DNA of 63,994 bases from Pseudomonadota bacterium (GCA_023415605.1 JAEZKB010000052.1:1-63994); one strand, 5' to 3'; positions 1 to 9,946 are shown, numbered from the stretch's first letter. The notes: generated by a model from the sequence alone, not told the origin. Numbers and translations: made by a program.

Positions 1-74
1 TCCTTGCCGAGAGTGCGGCTGAGCACCTCACGGATCAGGGCGGAATCGTCAACGATCAGCACCTTGATGGTCAT
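1..74 (-). CDS. cheB: Chemotaxis methylesterase CheB, N-terminus only (runs off window)
   Basis: Minus strand from ATG at 74 reads MTIKVLIVDDSALIREVLSRTLGK, a CheB-type receiver start; ATGA overlap with the cheR stop. Confidence 0.85.
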   Translation of the reverse strand, partial: MTIKVLIVDDSALIREVLSRTLGK

Positions 75-934
75 GCTGCATCTCTCGTCTTTTGCATGGA
101 TTTGGATTGATAAATGGTCTTGCCGACCAGCCGGAAACCTTCGCTGCCTGAGCCTAGGTTTTCCGAGTGGCCGATATAAAGGAAGCCTTCGGGCACGATG
201 AGTTTGCCCAGACGGCCGAACAGTTCACCCTGCGTGGGCTTATCGAAATAGATCGCCACGTTGCGGCAGAATATGGCGTCGAACGGGCCTCGCATCGGCC
301 AGGGGTTGTGCATCAGGTTGAGCGGCTTGAACGAAACCAGCGAGCGGATGGCCATCGGTATCCGCACGGTGCCGTCGCCGACGCGCTCGAACTGGCGCTG
401 CCGCTCCGCGCTCAGACCGTTGAGTTCGGCTTCCGGGTAGACGCCTGTCGCCGCCTTGGCGAGCACATTGGTGTCGATGTCGGTCGCGAGGATTTTAAAG
501 TCCCAGCGCCTCAAGTCCGGATAGGCCGCATAGAGGCACATGCCGATCGTGTAGGGCTCCGGCCCGGTCGAGCAGCCGGCTGACCAGATGCGCAACTTGG
601 GCTTGCCGTCGGGTCCCATCCGCGGCCGCCGCTCCATGAGTTGGCCGACATAGCCCACCAGATGCTCGAAATGGTGATCCTCGCGATAGAACCGGGTGAG
701 GTTCGTGGTCAGCGCATTGACGAAGTCCTGCGCGTCGCGCTCCGTGCCGCCCCGCTCGAGATAATCGAGATAGGCGTCGAATGAATCGAGCCGCAACTGC
801 CGCACGATCTTGGAGAGCCGCGACACCACCAGGGTTCGCTTGGCGTCGGAAAGCGAGATGCCGGCCTGCGCGTAGACGCGCGCCTTGACGCGGGAGAACT
901 CGCGATCGCTGAGGGCTATTTCGCCCTGTTCCAT
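71..934 (-). CDS. cheR: Chemotaxis methyltransferase CheR
   Basis: LTTNLTRFYRE, LRIWSAGCSTG, ILATDID, FDAIFCRNVAIYF motifs. Confidence 0.97.
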   Translation of the reverse strand: MEQGEIALSDREFSRVKARVYAQAGISLSDAKRTLVVSRLSKIVRQLRLDSFDAYLDYLERGGTERDAQDFVNALTTNLTRFYREDHHFEHLVGYVGQLMERRPRMGPDGKPKLRIWSAGCSTGPEPYTIGMCLYAAYPDLRRWDFKILATDIDTNVLAKAATGVYPEAELNGLSAERQRQFERVGDGTVRIPMAIRSLVSFKPLNLMHNPWPMRGPFDAIFCRNVAIYFDKPTQGELFGRLGKLIVPEGFLYIGHSENLGSGSEGFRLVGKTIYQSKSMQKTRDAA

Positions 935-978
935 GAAATACTTCCCCGTTGCCCCATCTTCGGTCCAGGGATGATCCG

Positions 979-2496
979 CTAGGCCGTTTTTCTGCGCGCT
1001 GGTAGCAGCAGGGCCCGTTCGGCTTCATGTCCCAATGCATCGACATTGTTGTCGAGCCGGGTGATGGCGCCGCTGCCCTCGTCCAGTGCACCGGCGATCA
1101 TGTCAGTTTCATTGCTTAGATTTTCTAAATGTTCGCCGAGATCACTGAGGATTTTTTTGAGGTTGTCGGCTTCGCTGACGCTCGACCCGGATTGATTGCG
1201 GCTTGAACTGACCAGCTGGCGGATTTCTTTGGCGGTCTTCTGAGTTGTTTGCGCCAGGGTGCGCACTTCCTCTGCCACGACTGCAAAGCCCGCACCCTTT
1301 TCGCCTGCCCGCGCCGCTTCGACTGCGGCGTTGAGCGCCAAGAGGTTGGTGCGGAAGCTGACGTCTTCGATTGCCGCCATCATCTTGTCGATCTCGGCAG
1401 TCGTCGCGTCGACCCCTTCAACCGCTGCTTCAGCGCGGCGGGCGGCAAGGCCTGCGTCAGTCGCCATCACCCGCGCCTGCCGCTCGAGGTCGCGCACTGC
1501 CTTGGTGCGAACGCGGCTCTTTTCGATGGCGTCGCTGGCGACCACCAGGCCGGTGCGGCTCTTGTCGGCATATTCGGCCATCGCCGTCACCGTGGCGCGG
1601 TAGCGGTCGATGGCATTGAGCACCGCCTGCATCTTGGCTTCCAGGCGGTCGCGCTCATGCGCCAGCTCGTCGCGCTCCTCAAGGATGGCGTAGAGCGTGT
1701 CGTGCAGTTCGCGCACCTGCGGGGCAAGACCTTGGTTGGAATTGAGATAGGCCGGATCGACCAGCTCACCCGCCAGCATCTGCGCCATGGCTCGGGCGCC
1801 GCGATCGAAACTTTCGATCCCGGCCTGTAGCGCCCGCAACGCCTCCGATTTTTGCACCGCTCGCTTGTCGAAGCGGAAGCTGGTCTGCCCGTTTTCAAGC
1901 GCGGCCGTGAAGGCGTCAAAATCGTCGTCGGCGATGAAATGCCCTGCCGGTATGAGCTCGATGACGCTGCGGCCATGGCCGGTATCGCGCTGCCGCGCGT
2001 GATACCGCAGGTCCCCTAAGGCGATCAGCGCGTCAGGTGCCAGCCCCTGGTCAAGGAAGCCGCGGCCGAAGAGGATGTCAGCCGGCTGCCCCTCCACCGC
2101 CCGCGGCTCGATGGCGATCGTTCCCTGGCTCGCCCCCACGATCTCGCCGTCCGCGGAGAGCAGCACGGCCGGCTGCCTCAAGCCGGTGAAGGCGACCTTG
2201 AACTGATTGGCCCGCTCGAGCCGCGCACAGAGATTCTTGACGATCGCCTCGACGCTGACGCCCTCGCCCGCATGCGATACACCCACCGCCTGGCCGAGCA
2301 CCTCGAGCTTTTCGTGATGCGCGCGCTCGATCGTCGCGCCGACCCAGAGACTCGCGCTAAAGCCCACCAGCAGCGCCACGCCGCTCACGACAAGGCCGAC
2401 GGCACCGGGACCGAAGACAGAGAGCCCCGCTCCCGCCACGACAACGGCGGCGAGCCAGCAGAAATTGACGAGCAGCGCTAGGCGCGTGCAAGACAT
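979..2496 (-). CDS. Methyl-accepting chemotaxis protein
   Basis: [36 protein letters not shown] signalling tip; two N-terminal hydrophobic helices; start chosen at MSCTRL (ORF open to 2541). Confidence 0.9.
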   Translation of the reverse strand: MSCTRLALLVNFCWLAAVVVAGAGLSVFGPGAVGLVVSGVALLVGFSASLWVGATIERAHHEKLEVLGQAVGVSHAGEGVSVEAIVKNLCARLERANQFKVAFTGLRQPAVLLSADGEIVGASQGTIAIEPRAVEGQPADILFGRGFLDQGLAPDALIALGDLRYHARQRDTGHGRSVIELIPAGHFIADDDFDAFTAALENGQTSFRFDKRAVQKSEALRALQAGIESFDRGARAMAQMLAGELVDPAYLNSNQGLAPQVRELHDTLYAILEERDELAHERDRLEAKMQAVLNAIDRYRATVTAMAEYADKSRTGLVVASDAIEKSRVRTKAVRDLERQARVMATDAGLAARRAEAAVEGVDATTAEIDKMMAAIEDVSFRTNLLALNAAVEAARAGEKGAGFAVVAEEVRTLAQTTQKTAKEIRQLVSSSRNQSGSSVSEADNLKKILSDLGEHLENLSNETDMIAGALDEGSGAITRLDNNVDALGHEAERALLLPARRKTA

Positions 2497-2555
2497 GGAG
2501 GCGGCTGTCCGTAGGCAAATCGGCCGATCATGGGCCGACACTAGCCGCGCAATGG

Positions 2556-2608
2556 TTAACCAAATCTATAGAGGCCCACCGGCCAGTAACCATCCGCTAA
2601 CCACGAGC
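2556..2608. promoter_or_regulatory. CtrA-like sites upstream of the MCP gene
   Basis: TTAA-N7-TATA (2556-2570) and GTAA-N7-CTAACC (2586-2602) resemble TTAA-N7-TTAA. Confidence 0.5.
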
Positions 2609-2617
2609 GGGCCGGAG

Positions 2618-3205
2618 CTAGAACAGTTCGATATCATCCACCGGCGGCTTGACCACCGGACGCCGCACGATCAGCAATTCTTCCTTGGCCAGCGCCGCAT
2701 TGGCGGTGTTGTCGAGCCGCTTGACGAAGGCCCGACCCGAAGCCGGTTTGAACATTACCCGGCGCGCATAGGTGCCGCCCAGATCCTCCTTGTCGAGGCT
2801 GTAGCCTTCGTCGGCGAGGAACTGGCGCACGAACTCGATATTCTTGGCCCCGACATCGTCGAGCGCCGCATTGATCTTGCCGCCGCCGAATACCTTGATC
2901 TCGAGGTTCTGCTTGCGGCCTGTCCCCTTGCTCAGCACCTTGTTGATGAGCTGTTCCATGGCGAAGGCCCCATAGCGCGCCGAGGCACCGTAGCGATCCT
3001 TGGCCGACCCGGACTGCTCGGCGAGGAGAAAGTGGTTCATGCCCCCCACATTGGCAACGCGGTCGCGCACGCAGGCCGAGATGCAGCTCCCCAGCACGGT
3101 TGAGTAGGTAAGGTCGGTGTCGTTGGAAACCAGGCAGTCGCCTTGATGTACGGTCGTCACCACGCCACGGTCGAATTCCGGCGGGAGAGAACTAGGCACT
3201 GCCAT
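2618..3205 (-). CDS. cheD: Chemoreceptor glutamine deamidase CheD
   Basis: TVLGSCISAC, GGMNHFLL, KVFGGG motifs; C-terminal DDIELF. Confidence 0.95.
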   Translation of the reverse strand: MAVPSSLPPEFDRGVVTTVHQGDCLVSNDTDLTYSTVLGSCISACVRDRVANVGGMNHFLLAEQSGSAKDRYGASARYGAFAMEQLINKVLSKGTGRKQNLEIKVFGGGKINAALDDVGAKNIEFVRQFLADEGYSLDKEDLGGTYARRVMFKPASGRAFVKRLDNTANAALAKEELLIVRRPVVKPPVDDIELF

Positions 3206-3255
3206 TTTATGCGAACACCTCGACGCAGTAGAGTCTCATTGGTACGTGCAAATCG

Positions 3256-3278
3256 TTAGGGAAGCGCTAACCACGAGC
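3256..3278. promoter_or_regulatory. CtrA-like site between cheD and the divergent ORF
   Basis: TTAG-N7-CTAACC; CGCTAACCACGAGC is identical to 2595-2608. Confidence 0.5.
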
Positions 3279-3368
3279 CCCAACCTTTGTGACACCATGG
3301 CGGCTGGCAACCAGCGCTTTAGAAATTTCGTCTAGGGTCGTCGGTGCTAATCCGGGGGTTAGGTCTAG

Positions 3369-3722
3369 ATGTCACTGCAAAGACTCGCTCGCGAGCTCGA
3401 TGAAACGGCGCGCCAGTCTGCGGCCATGGTCGAGGGTATTACGCTTGCGCTCGAAGTGCTTGCCGACAAGAACCTGACTTTCGATCAGGCCAAGAAGGAA
3501 GCGGTCGCCATGATCGTTTCCGCGCTGCAGGGTCAGGATCGCATCGAACAGCGCTGCCAGAACATGGCACTGGCCGTGCGCCAGTTTGCGCTGCTGCCGC
3601 CCAATGCGCCCGAGTCCGTCCATGACGAGATCTGGGCGAGCCTCGTCCTCGACGAGCTCCGCGTCCCCGCCCTTTCCGGCGTCGCCGCCCGCGGCGTCCA
3701 CGGCGAAGCCGAACTTTTCTAG
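3369..3722 (+). CDS. Small CheZ-like helical protein
   Basis: ALQGQDRIEQR resembles the CheZ QxQDxxxQ catalytic helix; ends AELF; inside che cluster. Confidence 0.6.
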   Translation: MSLQRLARELDETARQSAAMVEGITLALEVLADKNLTFDQAKKEAVAMIVSALQGQDRIEQRCQNMALAVRQFALLPPNAPESVHDEIWASLVLDELRVPALSGVAARGVHGEAELF

Positions 3723-5137
3723 TGCCCCCCGCCACCGGCCCTGCTGCTTCGCGCGGCTGGCCGCCGTCTCCACCTCTCGCCGCGGCACTGCTCGCGGCGG
3801 TCGTCGTTCTGGCGGCGCTGCTCCGTTTCGGCGGCATCACCGGGCAGAGCCTCTGGTGGGACGAAGTCGTGACCTGGCAGCAATCTCGGCTGACCTTCGG
3901 CGACATGCTCGCCGCCACCGCCGCCGACAATTACCCGCCGCTCTACAACATCCTTGCCATGGCCTCGATGGCGATCCTCGGGGAAACCGAGCTGGCGCTG
4001 CGTCTGCCCTCGGCCATCCTCGGCACGCTCAACGTTCTTGCCCTTTATTGGGTCGGTCGCCTGGCTGCCGGTAGACCAGCCGGTCTACTTGCTGCGCTCC
4101 TGCTTGCTGTTTCGCCCTATGCCATCTGGTACTCAGATGAGGCGCGCATGTACGCGCTGCTCGCCTGCACGGCGACCGTTTTGGCCGGCTGCGTATTGAG
4201 CTTCTCCGAGCGTCCGCGTTGGTGGATGGGTCTTGCCTCGACCGTCGCGGCGACCGCGCTACTCTATAGCCACCCCTACGGCGCCCTGACCTGGGCTGCC
4301 ATCTGCCTCGGCATGGCCCCACTGCTCATATTTCGCCACGACATCCGCCGCCTGCTGACGCTGGCGGCGCTGCAACTCGCTGCGCTCACCGCCTTCTTAC
4401 CCTGGATCGGCGTATTGTTGGAACGCGCCGCCGATATCCAGTCCGGCGGCTTCTGGATTGAGCCCGTGACACCCTGGTCGCTGGTCCAGTTGCTGGTGCA
4501 ATTGAGCAGCGGCCCTTTCCTCTTCGCCGCCATCGCGGTGGGTATCCGCCTCGCCTTCGGCACCGCCGCCATGCCGCCGCTCGCTGACACCGAGCGCCCT
4601 CATCTCCCCCTGGTGCTCACCTTTCTGCTGATCTGGGCGCTTCTGCCGGTGCTCGCCGGCGCGATCCTCTCCTGGACCATCCAGCCGATGCTGATCTCGC
4701 GTTACGTCATCGGCAGTCTGCCGCCACTGCTGCTTCTCATGGCTATCGGCTTTCTCCGCCTGCCGAAAGGTCGCTCCGGAGCCATCGGTCTCGCGGCACT
4801 GGGCATCGCGAGCACCATTGGCCTGTTCGCATACAACCTCCGCCCCCGCGACGACCTCCGCGGCCTCGCCGCATGGCTTGAGATCAATCTCCGCCCCACC
4901 GACTGCCTCGTCATGATCCCCGAAGCCGCGATCGGGCTAAGCTACTACTACCGCCAGCAACTGCCCTGCATCGCCACCTTCCGCTCCATCGCCGAGATCC
5001 CGCCACTGCCATCACCGCGGCGGGTGTTCATCTTCGAGACGCTGAGCGCAGATATTTCGGGATACGAGAAGCTGGGGACGGAAGTCGGCCGCAGCATGTT
5101 CGGACCGTCGGTTCTGATTGAGTTGCGACCCCACTAG
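3722..5137 (+). CDS. GT-C fold (family 39/83, PMT-like) membrane glycosyltransferase
   Basis: QSLWWDE, DNYPPLY, LRLPS, YSDEARMYAL motifs; many TM helices. Confidence 0.85.
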   Translation: MPPATGPAASRGWPPSPPLAAALLAAVVVLAALLRFGGITGQSLWWDEVVTWQQSRLTFGDMLAATAADNYPPLYNILAMASMAILGETELALRLPSAILGTLNVLALYWVGRLAAGRPAGLLAALLLAVSPYAIWYSDEARMYALLACTATVLAGCVLSFSERPRWWMGLASTVAATALLYSHPYGALTWAAICLGMAPLLIFRHDIRRLLTLAALQLAALTAFLPWIGVLLERAADIQSGGFWIEPVTPWSLVQLLVQLSSGPFLFAAIAVGIRLAFGTAAMPPLADTERPHLPLVLTFLLIWALLPVLAGAILSWTIQPMLISRYVIGSLPPLLLLMAIGFLRLPKGRSGAIGLAALGIASTIGLFAYNLRPRDDLRGLAAWLEINLRPTDCLVMIPEAAIGLSYYYRQQLPCIATFRSIAEIPPLPSPRRVFIFETLSADISGYEKLGTEVGRSMFGPSVLIELRPH

Positions 5138-5184
5138 ATCTCCCACTCGGAGGAACCAGCGCGAGATACCGGCTACCCATCGAC

Positions 5185-5264
5185 TGTCATCCCGGGCCTG
5201 ACCCGGGACCCATCTCTACCCTACTCGAGCTGATAATTAGGTCCCTGCTTTCGCAGGGATGACA
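5185..5264. repeat. REP/RIME-like palindromic element
   Basis: Terminal inverted repeats TGTCATCCC...GGGATGACA with internal hairpins CCCGGG-cctga-CCCGGG and CCCTGC-tttc-GCAGGG, between convergent genes. Confidence 0.7.
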
Positions 5265-5287
5265 ATCGAGTTTGTGGGAGATCCCCC

Positions 5288-5318
5288 AAAAACAAGAAGG
5301 GCGCCCCGCGGGACGCCC
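5288..5318 (-). terminator. Intrinsic terminator after cheW
   Basis: Minus strand GGGCGTCCC-GC-GGGGCGCCC followed by TTCTTGTTTTT. Confidence 0.7.
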
Positions 5319-5344
5319 CATCAACTGCTGCTGCAGGGAAAACC

Positions 5345-5836
5345 CTAGCCGTCGAGCTTGGCGCCCGAAACCACGGCGTAGAGGTCGATCAATCCGACCA
5401 TCCGGCTCTCATGCGTCACGATGCCGTTGAGCAGTTCGGTGTCGATGGAATTGCCTTCCGGCACATTGTGGATGTCGTCCTTGGAGACGGTGAGAATATC
5501 GCTCACCGCGTCGACCAGGATGCCGACCCACTTTTCGCCGACCGACATCACCACCACGACATGGTTCTTGGTCGGAGAGGTCTGGCCTTCGCCGAAGCGA
5601 GCGCGCAGGTCGAAGATCGGCACGATGGTGCCGCGGAGATTGATCACGCCGCGAACGAACTCGCGGGTGTTCGGCAGCGGGGTCGCGCCGTTCCAGGCGC
5701 GGATTTCGCGCACCGTGGTAATTTCCACGCCATAGGTCTGTTCGCCGATCGAGAAGGCGATGAGCTGAAGCGTGTTGGCGGCGGCAGCGGCGGCGGCCGC
5801 GCTGGCCGAGTCGTCCTTGAAGCCGAGGTTTTCCAT
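5345..5836 (-). CDS. cheW: Chemotaxis coupling protein CheW
   Basis: VREIR, GVINLRGTIVPIFDLR, GILVDAVSDI. Confidence 0.97.
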   Translation of the reverse strand: MENLGFKDDSASAAAAAAAANTLQLIAFSIGEQTYGVEITTVREIRAWNGATPLPNTREFVRGVINLRGTIVPIFDLRARFGEGQTSPTKNHVVVVMSVGEKWVGILVDAVSDILTVSKDDIHNVPEGNSIDTELLNGIVTHESRMVGLIDLYAVVSGAKLDG

Positions 5837-5860
5837 GTTCTGCCTTTCCTGCCGCCGGTT

Positions 5861-8149
5861 CTAGGCGGCGCTCTTGTGAGTGATCGTAGACTTGAGGCCC
5901 TGAACGTCCACGATAAGGGCGACGTTACCGTCCCCGAGGATGGTGCCGCCGGCGATGCCATCGATCGACTGGAAGTTTTCCTCGAGGGATTTGATGACGA
6001 CCTGCTGCTGGCCGATGATGTCGTCGACGATCAGCGCCACCTTGACGCCGCCTTCGGCCTCGCAGAGCACCACGAAGCGGCTGTCGGGCGCGGCGTCGGT
6101 CTGCATCTCGAAGCGCGACGCGAGGTCGACGACCTGCACATATTCGCCACGCACCTGCAGCACCTGGTTGCCAGTGGGCATGCGCGAGAAATTGGCGCGC
6201 GAGCACTGGATGGTCTCGACGATCGACGAGAGCGGAATGACGTAGGGTGAGGTGGCAACCTTGACTAGCATGACGTCGAGCACGGCGAGCGTCAGCGGCA
6301 GTCGCAGCGTCATGCGCGTGCCCTTGCCGGTCCAGCTCTTCACATGCACCGAACCGCCGATCTTCTTGATGTTCGAGAGCACCACGTCCATGCCGACGCC
6401 ACGGCCGGAAATATCGGAGATTTCCGAAGCGGTCGAGAAGCCCGGCGCGAAGATCAGCTGATCGATCTGCTCTTCGGTGAGCTGCTGGTCCTGGCCGATC
6501 ACCAGCCGGTCGCGCGCCACCTGCAGCACGCGCTCGCGGTTGATGCCGGCGCCGTCGTCCTCGACGATGATGAGGATGTTGCCGCCCGCCTGCTCGGCCG
6601 AAAGACGGATGGTGCCCATTTCCGGCTTGCCGGCGGCAAGGCGCTTCTCCGGCGTCTCGATGCCGTGATCGGCCGAGTTGCGGATCATGTGGGTCAGCGG
6701 ATCGGAGAGCTGCTCGATGATCGTCTTGTCGATCTCGGTATTCTCGCCGATGGTTTCGAGCTTAATCTTCTTGCCGGTCTTGCTTGCGAGTTCGCGGATC
6801 AGGCGCGGCATACGGCTGAACACTGACTTGACCGGTTGTGCGCGGATCGACATCACCGAGTCCTGCAGACCACGGGTGGTCTGCGCCAGGACTTCGAGCC
6901 CGCGCACCAGTTCCTGGTAGCGGGCGCGCAGCACTTCGTCCATCTGCTGGGTGAGCATGGACTGGGTGATCACCAGTTCGCCAACCATGTTGACCACGCG
7001 ATCGATCTTGTCGAGGTCGACACGGATCGACTGCACGCCATTGCGCCGATCCTCTGGACCCGAGCGGCGGTCTTCACCCGCCTCGTCGTCGTTCTGCACG
7101 GCGCGCAACGGCGTCGGCGCGGCGGCCGCCTGGGCGGGCGCGGGCTTGGGAGCCGGCTTGATGGTCTCGGCAAGCTCGGCAAAGCTCAGCGCCTCTTCCT
7201 CAGCCGCCATCGCTTCGTCGGCCGCCAGTTCCGCTGCATCCAGCGCCGGTTCGGGCAACAGGTCGGCGAAGGAGGGTCCGGCGACAGCGGCAGAGACCGG
7301 CGCCGGCGCAGCCAAGGCCGGAGCGGCCGCAACCTGCGCAATCGAGAGATCGCAATTGCCTTCGACAAACTCGAACACTTCGGCGATCGAGGCTTCGGTC
7401 GCGGTCGGCGAGTTGAGCGAAATTTCCCACGAGCAATACACGCCAAAGGGCTCGAAATCGGCGAGCGGCGGCACCTCGTCGAACACGGCGCGAACCTGAA
7501 TCGCGCCCAGTGTCGCAAGTTCGCGGAACAACAGCAGCGGATCATTGGCCCGCGCGTAGAGTTCGCTGTGCGGCGTGAACTTGATTTCCCAGTGGCCCGG
7601 CTCGACCGCGGCAAGCGGCGCCGCGGCAAAGCTGTCGGCAGCATCTTCGGGCACGTGGGCGACCGGCACTTCAGGCTCGTCGGCGTCGTCCCCGATCTTG
7701 ACCATCACCGGGGTAAAGTCGATGTCGAACTCTTCCATCGGCTCGCCCGACTCGTCGTCAGCGTCGCCGCGGGTCAAGGCGTCGAACTGCGCCTTCTCGT
7801 CGGCGCCATAGTCGGCGGCAAGATCGGTGCCGTCCTGCGCGGCCTTGACGAAATCGGCGATGATGTCATTGGCGCGGATGCAGAGCGCCGTGGTGCTCTC
7901 TGAAAGCTCGACACGGCCATCGCGCACATAGTCGAGCAGCGTCTCATAGGCATGCGCGAAGCCGACCAGGCCCGCAAAACCGAACGCGCCACCGCCACCC
8001 TTGATCGAGTGGATGGCGCGGAACACCGCGTTGAGCCGGCTGCTGGAATGATCGCCGGCCTCGATGGCTGCGAACTGTTCTTCCAGTTCGAGCAGAAGCT
8101 CGGAGCACTCGTCGAAATAGGTGGCTTTGAAATCGTCGAGATCGCTCAT
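5861..8149 (-). CDS. cheA: Chemotaxis histidine kinase CheA
   Basis: Hpt FRAIHSIKGG, IRVDLDKID, HMIRNSADHGIE, DDGAG, SGRGVGMDVV, C-terminal CheW domain. Confidence 0.98.
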   Translation of the reverse strand: MSDLDDFKATYFDECSELLLELEEQFAAIEAGDHSSSRLNAVFRAIHSIKGGGGAFGFAGLVGFAHAYETLLDYVRDGRVELSESTTALCIRANDIIADFVKAAQDGTDLAADYGADEKAQFDALTRGDADDESGEPMEEFDIDFTPVMVKIGDDADEPEVPVAHVPEDAADSFAAAPLAAVEPGHWEIKFTPHSELYARANDPLLLFRELATLGAIQVRAVFDEVPPLADFEPFGVYCSWEISLNSPTATEASIAEVFEFVEGNCDLSIAQVAAAPALAAPAPVSAAVAGPSFADLLPEPALDAAELAADEAMAAEEEALSFAELAETIKPAPKPAPAQAAAAPTPLRAVQNDDEAGEDRRSGPEDRRNGVQSIRVDLDKIDRVVNMVGELVITQSMLTQQMDEVLRARYQELVRGLEVLAQTTRGLQDSVMSIRAQPVKSVFSRMPRLIRELASKTGKKIKLETIGENTEIDKTIIEQLSDPLTHMIRNSADHGIETPEKRLAAGKPEMGTIRLSAEQAGGNILIIVEDDGAGINRERVLQVARDRLVIGQDQQLTEEQIDQLIFAPGFSTASEISDISGRGVGMDVVLSNIKKIGGSVHVKSWTGKGTRMTLRLPLTLAVLDVMLVKVATSPYVIPLSSIVETIQCSRANFSRMPTGNQVLQVRGEYVQVVDLASRFEMQTDAAPDSRFVVLCEAEGGVKVALIVDDIIGQQQVVIKSLEENFQSIDGIAGGTILGDGNVALIVDVQGLKSTITHKSAA

Positions 8150-8192
8150 CGGAAATGCGGCTCGGCCGGACCCTTCTGGGTTTAAACTACGA

Positions 8193-8552
8193 CTAGTGGA
8201 CCACGCGATGGATAACGCTGATCAGCTTTTCCGGGTCGAACGGCTTGACGATCCAGCCCGTGCCGCCCGCAGCGCGACCCTGGTCGCGCTTGTCCTGGCT
8301 GGTCTCGGTCGTGAGGATCAGGATCGGCAGGCTGTTGTGCAGGCCCGTGGCGCGCACGTTCTTGATGAACTCGATGCCATCCATGACCGGCATGTTGATG
8401 TCGGTGATAACCACGTCGACGCTCTCGTTCTTGAGCACGTCGAGGCCTTTCTGCCCGTCTTCGGCCTGCAGTACCTCGAACCCGGCATTGCTCAGCGTGT
8501 GATGCAGCATCGCGAGAATGGTGCGGGAATCGTCAACAGTCAGAACGCGCAT
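8193..8552 (-). CDS. cheY: Chemotaxis response regulator CheY
   Basis: Single receiver domain VDDS, TDINMP, LTTE, WIVKPF; between STAS gene and cheA. Confidence 0.93.
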   Translation of the reverse strand: MRVLTVDDSRTILAMLHHTLSNAGFEVLQAEDGQKGLDVLKNESVDVVITDINMPVMDGIEFIKNVRATGLHNSLPILILTTETSQDKRDQGRAAGGTGWIVKPFDPEKLISVIHRVVH

Positions 8553-8559
8553 CAGCAGA

Positions 8560-8850
8560 TCATCCTTTCATCATGCCGGCGAAGCTTGGGCCAAAGCCCA
8601 ACCGGTCGATGGCCGAGAGCATTGGCGGGCTCGCTTCGGCAACGTGAAAATCGAAATTATTGCGGCGGGCGGTTTCGCCTGCGCTGATCAGCATCACCAG
8701 CGCATTGGTCGACACGCGTTCGACGGCGCGGCCGTCAACGTCCACCGGACCGGATTCCACGGCGTCGATCAGCGTATCGCGCACGCCATCGAGCGCATCG
8801 AGATCGACGATCGCCGGTAGAGCGATGGTTTTGATCGACGTTTCGGCCAT
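8560..8850 (-). CDS. STAS-domain protein (CheS-like)
   Basis: 96 aa, VDVDGRAVERVST pattern, first gene before cheY-cheA. Confidence 0.8.
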   Translation of the reverse strand: MAETSIKTIALPAIVDLDALDGVRDTLIDAVESGPVDVDGRAVERVSTNALVMLISAGETARRNNFDFHVAEASPPMLSAIDRLGFGPSFAGMMKG

Positions 8851-8902
8851 GAACAGGCTGCCCCCGGGAGAATTTCCCGGAAGTCAGTGTCCATGGGAAC
8901 GG

Positions 8903-8919
8903 TTTAAGAAGTGCTAACC
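8903..8919. promoter_or_regulatory. CtrA-like site upstream of the STAS-cheY-cheA-cheW operon
   Basis: TTTA-N7-CTAACC. Confidence 0.4.
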
Positions 8920-8938
8920 TTGATGCAAATCAGCGGGG

Positions 8939-9946
8939 TCAACCTGCAACCGCCTGCGCAATTTGCTGATGGGGGATTTCCCTGCTCCAGCGTGGCTTGT
9001 GATCCTTGTCGACCAGCACCGCCCGCACCCCTTCGCTGAAGTCCGGCAATCCGGCGAGCAGCGTCGCCAACCGCGTATCGATGGCAAGAATTTCCTCGAT
9101 CGTCCCCGCCCGCCGGGCCGCCAGATGACTCTGCAAGATGGCCTCCTGGCTCGTCGGCGAACGTGCGGCGAGAAGCGACGCCAACTCCGGCGCCTCCCCG
9201 GAATCGGTAATTGCTGCGACGATCTCCGCCGCCGTCCCCAACCGCAACTCGTCCTCCAGCCCGTCCGCAAGGTCGCAGAGCACGCGATCGCCCGCCTGGA
9301 TGCTCTCAGCCTCCATGACCCCGACCAACGCCTGCTCGACATTGGTCGCTCCCGCCGCCGCCACGATGCTCGCCCGGACCTCACCCAGTCGCTCCGGCGC
9401 CACCGCGCAATCGGTAAGTCCGAGCGCCAGGGCGTCGGCGGCGCCAACCGCCTGGCCGCTGAGCTCAAACAGCAGCGCGCGCTGCACCGGCGCTTTCCGC
9501 AAGATCGCGTTGACGCCCACGTCGCAGACGAAGCCGATCGCCGCCTCGGGCATGGCAAAGCGGGCATTGGGGGTCGTGAACCGGAACTGGGCATGTCCGG
9601 CAATGCCGATGCCGCCGCCCATCACCACCCCATCGGCGATGACCGCCACAGGCTTGGGATAAGAGGCGATCCGGCCGTTCATAATGTATTCATCTACGAA
9701 GAAGCGGGCCCAATCTGGGTCGCCTTTCAGCACGGATTCACGCACCGCACGCACGTCGCCACCGGCGCAGAAGCCGCGGGTGCCCCGCGCCTCGAACAGC
9801 ACTGCCCGGACCTTGTCGTCCTGCTCCCAGAGCTGCAGCACGCCGGAAATCGCCTCGATCATCGAGTGGTTTAGCGCGTTGATCGCTTCCGGCCGGTTGA
9901 GCGCAATCACTCCCAACTGCCCTTCGATGCTGCTCTCGATCTGCAT
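8939..9946 (-). CDS. Enoyl-CoA hydratase / 3-hydroxyisobutyryl-CoA hydrolase family
   Basis: LNRPEAINAL, FCAGGDV, DGVVMGGG, FAMPE, DFSEGVRAVLVDKD. Confidence 0.9.
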   Translation of the reverse strand: MQIESSIEGQLGVIALNRPEAINALNHSMIEAISGVLQLWEQDDKVRAVLFEARGTRGFCAGGDVRAVRESVLKGDPDWARFFVDEYIMNGRIASYPKPVAVIADGVVMGGGIGIAGHAQFRFTTPNARFAMPEAAIGFVCDVGVNAILRKAPVQRALLFELSGQAVGAADALALGLTDCAVAPERLGEVRASIVAAAGATNVEQALVGVMEAESIQAGDRVLCDLADGLEDELRLGTAAEIVAAITDSGEAPELASLLAARSPTSQEAILQSHLAARRAGTIEEILAIDTRLATLLAGLPDFSEGVRAVLVDKDHKPRWSREIPHQQIAQAVAG

